DNA of 64,000 bases from a virus. The stretch covers positions 64,001-128,000 of IMG/VR virus record IMGVR_UViG_3300042868_010004, one strand, 5' to 3'. Made by a program: the position numbers and the translations under genes. Under the pieces are notes generated by a model. That model saw only the letters and a list, made by a program, of their open reading frames with translations, ran no database searches and had not been told where the DNA came from. This document shows, in pieces, positions 57,205-64,000 of this stretch. The stretch's first letter is position 1. Each line of letters starts with the position of its first letter.

Positions 57205-58454
57205 GTGAACTACCTTGCCCTAAAGGGCCGTGACTTCCTGCTTCATAGACCCACTAACGCGAGTCTCCACAGGCTTAACTTTCCGACATTCCATCGGTAG
57301 TGAGGTTTTGCCCGAAAGCAAACCAAATTTTTTAATATTTATGGCCGCGTTTAAATCACGGTCATGCTTGGTCCCGCAAACGCAGGTCCAGTGTCTATCG
57401 GCTAGGGTTAAGCCATGATTAATTTCGCCACAGCTTGAACAAGTTTTAGAACTGGGTTCAAATCGGCCAATTTTAATCAGATTAATCCCTTTCCATTCAC
57501 ACTTGTATTTCAAAACTTCGTAAAACCGACCGATAGCGACATCTGACATTGCTCTGGCCAATTTCCGATTTTTCATAATGCCCTTTACATTCAAATCCTC
57601 AATACAAATCGTGTCCACTTGGTTATCGTTGACGATTTTTGCCGTGACTTGATGAATGTAATTATTCCGCTGGTTTGTTACTTTTTCATATTGTTTAGCT
57701 AGTTTGATTCGCGATTTGTCTCTGTTCTTGCTGTCCTTTTTCTTTCTTGAGTGCGAGCGGCTGAGTTTTCTTAGTTTTTTGAGTGATTTTTTAAGAAATT
57801 TATTATTTTCAAAGGTCTGCCCATTTGAAATTGTGAGAAAAGTTTTAATCCCGGTATCAATCCCGATGGCGCCGTTTTCGGTTATCGGTTTGAGTTCTGA
57901 TTTGCTATCGGGAGTTTCTACTAAAATTGACGCAAAATATTTGCCAGAAGGAACTTGGGAAATTGTGACCGTTTTGATATTTCCCTCAAAAGTTCTATGA
58001 AAATTGGCTTTAATTTTATTTTCTTTTGTAAATTTCGGTATTTGCAAGTATCCGGTTCCAAAATCGGCCTTGGCGTTTTGCGGGCACTGAAAGGAGTGGC
58101 TATTAAGTTTTTTGCTTTTAAATTTTGGGAAACCTTTCTTTTCTTTGAAAAATCTCTGAAAGGCATTATCCAAGTTCCTTGCCGCCATCTGCAAACACTG
58201 AGAATTTACTTCATTCAACCAAGAAAACTCTTGACTTGCCTTCAGTAAAGTGACACGATTCATTACATCAAAACAACTCAACTTTTCCCTCTTCTCATAT
58301 GCCTTTATCTTCTCTGCCAACCCCCAATTATACATCCAGCGAGCGCAACCAAAATGCTTTGCCAAAAGCACCTTTTGCTCTTGATTTGGGTAAATTTGGT
58401 ATTTAAACGCTTTTAACATCTTCCTATTTATGATTACATATTTTTCTTACAGAA
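57205..58454 (-). mobile_element. IS200/IS605-family TnpB-only element 2
   Basis: Right end GTGAACTACC..GCCCTAAAGGGC resembles element 1. No left-end hairpin seen, so the left boundary is inferred. Confidence 0.65.
57220..58419 (-). CDS. tnpB: TnpB RNA-guided endonuclease
   Basis: KAFKYQIYPN..FGCARW HTH; GIDTGI, IEDL, CSSC..CVC, DRDLNAA. Confidence 0.95.
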   Translation of the reverse strand: MLKAFKYQIYPNQEQKVLLAKHFGCARWMYNWGLAEKIKAYEKREKLSCFDVMNRVTLLKASQEFSWLNEVNSQCLQMAARNLDNAFQRFFKEKKGFPKFKSKKLNSHSFQCPQNAKADFGTGYLQIPKFTKENKIKANFHRTFEGNIKTVTISQVPSGKYFASILVETPDSKSELKPITENGAIGIDTGIKTFLTISNGQTFENNKFLKKSLKKLRKLSRSHSRKKKDSKNRDKSRIKLAKQYEKVTNQRNNYIHQVTAKIVNDNQVDTICIEDLNVKGIMKNRKLARAMSDVAIGRFYEVLKYKCEWKGINLIKIGRFEPSSKTCSSCGEINHGLTLADRHWTCVCGTKHDRDLNAAINIKKFGLLSGKTSLPMECRKVKPVETRVSGSMKQEVTAL

Positions 58455-58505
58455 GTGAAAACAACTGTGTAAAATTTTTTATTTTACTTGCGACCCTTTA
58501 TCCCC

Positions 58506-58808
58506 ATGGCTAAAATTACGAAAATCATTGAAAGCGGGGGATTCTGTCCATTCCAATTAGAAGCGCAAACGGAAGATGGTCGGATGATTTATCTCCGTTA
58601 TCGTGGCGGGCTTCTCCGCTGGGGTTTCGTCGGGAAGGACAGACTTACCCCGGACGAATACGAATTTTCAGCTCAGATAGGGGGCCAGTATGACGGCTCG
58701 GCAGACGATAAGGAATTTAAGGCCGCGCTGAAAGATAGTTTGGAATTCCCTGAGGGTTTTTCTTTTGAAGAGGATTTTCAGGCAGAACAAAAAGATGACC
58801 GAGAATAA
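58506..58808 (+). CDS. Hypothetical protein
   Basis: CPFQLEAQTEDGRMIYLRYRGG; ATG 58506 preferred. Confidence 0.7.
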   Translation: MAKITKIIESGGFCPFQLEAQTEDGRMIYLRYRGGLLRWGFVGKDRLTPDEYEFSAQIGGQYDGSADDKEFKAALKDSLEFPEGFSFEEDFQAEQKDDRE

Positions 58809-58811
58809 TTT

Positions 58812-59033
58812 ATGAAAGCCTACAAAATTGAATTAATCATAGTCGATCATGACGAAATCGGAGACCGAGAGGAAATCATCGGACCGATTGAAAACGCGAA
58901 CTATCCCAACGATTGCATCAACCCGCATGTCTTGTCTTTCCGTGAAGCCGACATTGGAGAGTGGTACGATGATCACCCTCTGAATGGTTCGGAAAACTAT
59001 GAAGCCTCTGTTGCAAAATATTTCCCTGAATGA
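58812..59033 (+). CDS. Hypothetical protein
   Basis: 73-aa acidic ORF. Confidence 0.7.
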   Translation: MKAYKIELIIVDHDEIGDREEIIGPIENANYPNDCINPHVLSFREADIGEWYDDHPLNGSENYEASVAKYFPE

Positions 59034-59524
59034 GCAAACCCCTAGTTCCAACTTTCAAGAAAACTCCAGAGCACGATCTTGTCTATACTCCGGATGACTT
59101 AGCCGAGAAGATCGTCCGGCATTTCAACCCGCGAGGTAGAATTTTAGAACCCTGCCGAGGCGGCGGGGCTTTCACGCGGGCGATGCCGAATGCAGATTGG
59201 TGCGAGATACAGGAGGGTCGAGATTTCCTAAGTTGTTCTGGCTTATGGGATTGGGCGATTACTAATCCGCCGTGGTCACAGCTAAGACCCTTTCTGAAAA
59301 AGTCAATGGAAGTTGCCGATAATGTCGTTTTCCTCTGTCTGATTAATGCGTTTTTCATGCGGGCAAGAATCCGTGATATGGAGCAAGCAGGTTTCGGCTT
59401 CCGCGAGATTGTTTTTCTGGACACCCCGAAAGCTCCATGGCCCCAGACCGGCTTCCAACTGGGCGCAATTTTCATTCAGAGGGGCGCGACTGGACCGGTT
59501 AAATTTAGCAAGTTGGCTGATTAA
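59030..59524 (+). CDS. Small amino (N6A/N4C) DNA methyltransferase
   Basis: VYTP, ILEPCRGGGAF, ITNPPW. Confidence 0.8.
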   Translation: MSKPLVPTFKKTPEHDLVYTPDDLAEKIVRHFNPRGRILEPCRGGGAFTRAMPNADWCEIQEGRDFLSCSGLWDWAITNPPWSQLRPFLKKSMEVADNVVFLCLINAFFMRARIRDMEQAGFGFREIVFLDTPKAPWPQTGFQLGAIFIQRGATGPVKFSKLAD

Positions 59525-59527
59525 TTT

Positions 59528-59773
59528 ATGAAAGATAAGACAAAAACAATTCAGCAACACGAATGGCTCAACCAAGCGATTCAATACGGCCTTTCCGTCG
59601 AGCCTTTCGTTCCGGCCCGTCTGCCCTTGGTCGATCAAATACTGAAATTGCATTCAAAATGGGAGAAGAACGGCGGAGATAAACAAACCGGCCTTCTTAT
59701 CCTCCGTCAGGCAATCGGGGTGACCGAAATGTATAATACTCCAATTTACACGGTCGGGCAGAAGAAAAAGTAA
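59528..59773 (+). CDS. Hypothetical protein
   Basis: 81-aa ORF. Confidence 0.6.
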   Translation: MKDKTKTIQQHEWLNQAIQYGLSVEPFVPARLPLVDQILKLHSKWEKNGGDKQTGLLILRQAIGVTEMYNTPIYTVGQKKK

Positions 59774-59809
59774 TTGACAAGAATAGAGAAAGGTTTATAA
59801 GATAGAATT

Positions 59810-60643
59810 ATGCCCAAACTAGAAATACCGAAAGAAATTCTTTCCGAAATGTCCAAAGATTATAATAATGGTCTCTCTGTAGAGAAGCTGGTTTCTAAAT
59901 ACGAAAATAAATATACCGAATGGCAAATTCGTCGTCGCTTAGTTGAAAATGGAACTCCCATGCGCCATAGGGCGGCTCTTTCTAGAAAATATGACTTAGA
60001 TCAGCCCTTCTTTAATGTGATTGATACAGAGGAAAAGGCTTATTGGTTGGGGATGATGTTCGCCGATGGATCAATTTACTCCTCAAAAAAGGGAAAAATG
60101 TTTCATTTAACTTTGCAAGGAAGAGACTTGCACCATGTTAAAAAGTTTAAAAAAGCCCTAAAAGCAGAAGCGCCCGTTCACCATCAGAAAAAGAAAAATC
60201 ATTATGGTCTTTTTATTTGGAGCGGGTTACTTTACGACTCTTTGGAGCGAGCTGGATGCATAAGACAAAAAGGGGCCTATATTAGGCTTCCTAAAGAAGA
60301 TATTCTTCCCAAAAGTCTTGTCCGCCATTTTGTTCGCGGTTATTTTGATGGGAACGGATGTTTTTCTTGGAGTAGGTCAAATTTTAGGGTCGCTATCAGA
60401 ATAGTTTCCAATACTGATTTTGTTGCAGATCTAAAAGAGATTTTTACTTCTGAGGTAGGCGTCAAACATTACTACCATAAAGAGCCAGTAGAATATCAAG
60501 ATTATCCCGGCAGATACTATACAAATCTTGATTTCGGAACATATGAAGGGGCGCTTGGCCTATATCATTATATGTATGACAATGCGACTGTTTTCTTGGA
60601 GAGAAAGAAAGAAAAGTTTAACAAATTTATCAAAGAGTCATGA
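59810..60643 (+). CDS. Free-standing LAGLIDADG homing endonuclease
   Basis: FFNVIDTEEKAYWLGMMFADGSI and HFVRGYFDGNG. Confidence 0.88.
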   Translation: MPKLEIPKEILSEMSKDYNNGLSVEKLVSKYENKYTEWQIRRRLVENGTPMRHRAALSRKYDLDQPFFNVIDTEEKAYWLGMMFADGSIYSSKKGKMFHLTLQGRDLHHVKKFKKALKAEAPVHHQKKKNHYGLFIWSGLLYDSLERAGCIRQKGAYIRLPKEDILPKSLVRHFVRGYFDGNGCFSWSRSNFRVAIRIVSNTDFVADLKEIFTSEVGVKHYYHKEPVEYQDYPGRYYTNLDFGTYEGALGLYHYMYDNATVFLERKKEKFNKFIKES

Positions 60644-61686
60644 GTAAAATAATTATTTCAGCGGCAAATGGGCAAGACGGGTCAAATATGGTAGACTATC
60701 TACTTTCCTCAACGGATGACGAGGTGATAGGAACTATCCGTAGAACAAGTCAACCAATTTTAGAAAACCTAAAAGAAGCTATTGGTCATCCGCGCTTTCG
60801 TTTAGAGATGATGGATCTAAATGACGCCCATTCAATTGACGAATTAATCGCTAAGGAAAAACCTGATTATTTTATCAATTTCGGCGCGTCTGCTTTTGTT
60901 CCTGATTCTTGGAATTCGCCCGCAGCTTGCATGGAGACAAATGCAATTGCATTAATTCATATTTTAGAATCAGTTCGGAAACATAATCCTAAGTGCCGGG
61001 TATATTCGGCTGGCTCTTCAGAGCAGTGGGGGGATGTAAAGTATAGCCCGCAAGACGAAAAACATCCAATGTCTCCTCGTTCTATCTATGGCGTTTCAAA
61101 ATGTGCCGCATCCCTTATTTGTAAAATTTACCGTGAGTCGTATAATCTATTTGTAATTCATGGCATTCTGACAAATCACGAGGGTTTGCGCCGGCAGTAT
61201 CACTATGTTTCACGGAAGATTACTTCTAATGTAGCCCGAATTTATCATAAGGCTCAGAAAGATCAAAATTTCGAACCCTTGATTCTTGGTCAGTTAGATG
61301 CCAAGCGAGACTGGTCGGATTCGAGAGATTTTATGCGAGGGGTCTGGTCCATGATTAATCAGAGTGAGCCGAACGAATACATTCTTTCTTCCAACGAAAC
61401 CCACTCGGTAAGAGAGTTTTGTGAAATTAGCTTTCGGGAAGCTGGTTTTAGTGACTGCTGGTGGGAGGGAGAGGGCGTAAATGAGAAATATTTTTGGAAA
61501 AATCCTCAAGGAGAGAAGGTCGTTTTAGTCTCCGTTTCGGAAAAGTTTTATCGCCCGGCTGATGTCATGTTGCTCCAAGGGGATTCAACCTTAGCTCGAA
61601 AAAATCTTGGTTGGATTCCAGAAATTACATTTAATCAAATGGTTAAAGATATGGTGATGCATGATATTGAGCTATACAAAAGTTGA
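60640..61686 (+). CDS. gmd: GDP-mannose 4,6-dehydratase
   Basis: GQDGS, AGSSEQWG, PRSIYGVSK, NHEG, RKIT, KRDW. Confidence 0.9.
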   Translation: MSKIIISAANGQDGSNMVDYLLSSTDDEVIGTIRRTSQPILENLKEAIGHPRFRLEMMDLNDAHSIDELIAKEKPDYFINFGASAFVPDSWNSPAACMETNAIALIHILESVRKHNPKCRVYSAGSSEQWGDVKYSPQDEKHPMSPRSIYGVSKCAASLICKIYRESYNLFVIHGILTNHEGLRRQYHYVSRKITSNVARIYHKAQKDQNFEPLILGQLDAKRDWSDSRDFMRGVWSMINQSEPNEYILSSNETHSVREFCEISFREAGFSDCWWEGEGVNEKYFWKNPQGEKVVLVSVSEKFYRPADVMLLQGDSTLARKNLGWIPEITFNQMVKDMVMHDIELYKS

Positions 61687-61730
61687 TTCTGCCTTGACAA
61701 CTTAACCAAAACCAAAGACAATCTTAACTT

Positions 61731-62483
61731 ATGGCCGACCAAAAACTCACACCAGAAATCGAATCCGTCCTCCGCGCCGCCCGAATTGAGGGGAACAAAC
61801 TTCATCTGGTTGGGCAGCTTAGTCCGAAGGAATATAAGGCAGTCAAAGAATTTTTATTGTTGGTCGGGGCTGTTTGGGATAAGAAGCAGAAGTGCCACGT
61901 TTTTTCGGGAGACCCTGCCAAGCTCATGTTTGCGATGGAGGAAGGCGAGGCGAAAGACATAAAGAAGAAAAGGCAGGCGTTTTACACCCCGCTTGATTTA
62001 GTTGAAGAGGTGGTTCGAATCGCAGATGTAAAGGGGAAGGATATTTTGGAGCCGAGTTGTGGGGATGGGCGGTTTATTCGGGAATGTTTTAAGCAAGGGG
62101 CGGTAGGAATTGATGTGGTTGAAATTTGTGAAGAAGAGGCGGAGAAGGTAGCGACAGAGTTTTTTGGTCGAATTGCTATCCACGTTGGGGATTTTCTTGA
62201 GTTTAATCCCATTACAGATGACAATTTCCTTCCGGAATATGATATTCTGATCGGAAACCCCCCGTATTCCCGGACCGACTGGCTGAAACATACCCTACAC
62301 GCTTTTAAATTTGTCAAGCCGGGTGGCAAGTTGGTGTTCATCCTGCCAAACTCCATCCATTCAAACAAGAAATTTCAGGATTTTGTGCTGGACAAGAAGT
62401 GGGAATACAGAGAGATTCCGGCTGGAGCCTTCAAAAGCGAAGGAACAAATATCGCCACAAACATTGTAACAATTTATAAATGA
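61731..62483 (+). CDS. Amino (N6A-type) DNA methyltransferase
   Basis: FYTP, ILEPSCGDG, IGNPPY. Confidence 0.85.
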   Translation: MADQKLTPEIESVLRAARIEGNKLHLVGQLSPKEYKAVKEFLLLVGAVWDKKQKCHVFSGDPAKLMFAMEEGEAKDIKKKRQAFYTPLDLVEEVVRIADVKGKDILEPSCGDGRFIRECFKQGAVGIDVVEICEEEAEKVATEFFGRIAIHVGDFLEFNPITDDNFLPEYDILIGNPPYSRTDWLKHTLHAFKFVKPGGKLVFILPNSIHSNKKFQDFVLDKKWEYREIPAGAFKSEGTNIATNIVTIYK

Positions 62484-63121
62484 TGCAAACCAAATTAATT
62501 TCCGTAACCCAACCTTTGATTGATGGCGTTAAAACTGCCGAAGAACTAATTTCATACTGCGCGCGAGTCAGCAATCCTTCAAACCAGTTAAACGTCGAGA
62601 CCGGCGCGAAACTTATCAATTATTGCATCAGAAATAAACATTGGTCGGTCTTTGAGCAAGCCTCCTTCTGCGTCGAAATCAAGACCTCTCGCGCAATCGC
62701 CGCACAAATTCTCCGACACAAGACATTTACATTTCAAGAGTTCAGTCAGAGATACGCAGCCGTAACCAAACTTCACCCCTTAGAATGGCGTATGCAGGGG
62801 AAAACCAATCGACAGGTCGGAGATGAAGAGGTCAATTTGGAAATTGATTTGCTTGACAAGATTGATGCCCTGCAAGACCGGGCAATTGACTTATACGACG
62901 AATTGATTCAAAAGGGGATTGCCAAAGAGTGCGCCCGAATGATTCTTCCGCTAAATACCGAGACAACGATCTATATGAACGGGACCATCCGTAGCTGGAT
63001 TCATTATTTTGAAGTTCGTTGTGATACCCATACACAAAAAGAACATCGGGATATCGCCTTATCTGTTCGTGAAATTTTCAAGAAGCAGTTCCCCGTAATT
63101 TCAGAAGCCTTAAGTTATTAA
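62480..63121 (+). CDS. thyX: Flavin-dependent thymidylate synthase
   Basis: YCARVSN, HWSVFE, QILRHKTFTFQEFSQRY, AKECARMILP. Confidence 0.95.
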   Translation: MMQTKLISVTQPLIDGVKTAEELISYCARVSNPSNQLNVETGAKLINYCIRNKHWSVFEQASFCVEIKTSRAIAAQILRHKTFTFQEFSQRYAAVTKLHPLEWRMQGKTNRQVGDEEVNLEIDLLDKIDALQDRAIDLYDELIQKGIAKECARMILPLNTETTIYMNGTIRSWIHYFEVRCDTHTQKEHRDIALSVREIFKKQFPVISEALSY

Positions 63122-63649
63122 ATGAATAAATATTATCTTTATTTTCGTTACCTCTTTCGCCATAAATTTTATGTAGCGCGTGAGTGTTTTAAGTTCGGCC
63201 TTTATTGGCGCGGTCTTAAACATGATTGGTCCAAATTCCTACCATGCGAACTGTTCCCTTACGTGGAATCCTTTTATGGAATTGGAACTTATTCGGACTC
63301 CTATGAACAAGCCTATATTAGATATTTGTCGCGTGAACACTCCTATACTTTGCCTTTTGAGAAAACCAAGGCCGGGGTTAAAGTAGCATTTAATCGGGCT
63401 TGGTTACACCATCAACATTTGAATTCCCACCACTGGCAACATTGGATTCTTCGAGAGGATTCCGGGGATACAAAGATTCTCGAAATGTCAATAAATGACG
63501 CCAAGGAAATGTATTGTGATTGGGTCGGGGCTGGGCTCGCAATCACCGGGAAGTTGGATATAGAGACTTGGTATGGGAAGAATAAAGAGAAGATCCTGCT
63601 TCATCCGAACACACGTAAATTCGTAGAGCAATTAATCTATAAAAACTAA
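63122..63649 (+). CDS. His-rich HD-like protein (DUF5662-type)
   Basis: RHK, HDWSK, AWLHHQHLNSHHW, EMYCDW. Confidence 0.7.
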   Translation: MNKYYLYFRYLFRHKFYVARECFKFGLYWRGLKHDWSKFLPCELFPYVESFYGIGTYSDSYEQAYIRYLSREHSYTLPFEKTKAGVKVAFNRAWLHHQHLNSHHWQHWILREDSGDTKILEMSINDAKEMYCDWVGAGLAITGKLDIETWYGKNKEKILLHPNTRKFVEQLIYKN

Positions 63650-63650
63650 T

Positions 63651-63938
63651 ATGATCGGTGGAACAATCATTCAGACGGAAGAAATACCTAAGTCCGGAAA
63701 GCTCCGGCTGGACATCGTAACGGATCAATACAAAGACAAGCACTCCGTCTTTGTTGAATTGAACGATGCCGCCCGCTGCATTCAGGAAGATGACTCTGCC
63801 TTCTGGCACGAAGATCGAGACGGCGGTACTGTCTTTTGGTCGCCCAAACTTCGGACGTTCCATGACTATCCACTGAAGAAGATCGGGAAGAGCTTTCAGA
63901 CGGAGAAGGCGGATAAGAAGGAGCTGGTCGGAAAATGA
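63651..63938 (+). CDS. Hypothetical protein
   Basis: 95-aa ORF. Confidence 0.65.
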   Translation: MIGGTIIQTEEIPKSGKLRLDIVTDQYKDKHSVFVELNDAARCIQEDDSAFWHEDRDGGTVFWSPKLRTFHDYPLKKIGKSFQTEKADKKELVGK

Positions 63939-64000
63939 AACTCTACGTAGTCCGAAACAAACAGGGAAAGTTTTTCCGAGCGGTCGGAATGGGCGGATAT
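63935..64000 (+). CDS. Hypothetical protein (3' truncated)
   Basis: ATGA overlap with the previous gene; MKLYVVRNKQGKFF runs off the window. Confidence 0.5.
   Translation, partial: MKLYVVRNKQGKFFRAVGMGGY

Noticed and set aside
1-64000. Stop-codon reassignment and tRNA genes
   Set aside because: Genes tile densely under the standard code with all three stops used; no cloverleaf recognised by eye (tRNAscan not run).

Overview
Segment of a large tailed-phage genome with no sheath gene in view, so probably a siphovirus. SD-poor leaders and the attC style weakly suggest a PVC/Verrucomicrobia-like host (inference). 1-30074 (+) is a tail module: truncated completion-type protein, major tail tube, two chaperone-like genes, 2018-aa tape measure, baseplate-like proteins, polyglycine and Ig/trypsin fibre proteins, and a Ser/Thr-rich tip protein. 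Between the tube gene and the chaperones lies an accessory insert: a ~740-nt hairpin-dense non-coding region, a G-tract, and an integron-like attC cassette array with no integrase in the window. The array includes a RanBP2-ZnF/Mrr nuclease/FtsK-gamma fusion. 30071-42607 (-) holds glycosyltransferases, SSB, a candidate annealase, a TnpB-only IS element, a sigma factor and a minimal family-A polymerase-like gene. 42760-64000 (+) holds small early genes, nucleotide-sugar and glycan genes, class II RNR with an intein followed by a ferredoxin and a cobalamin adenosyltransferase, a second TnpB, two DNA methyltransferases, a LAGLIDADG endonuclease, gmd and thyX. No tRNA, rRNA or CRISPR array was recognised. 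All calls come from motif reading; no database search was run.
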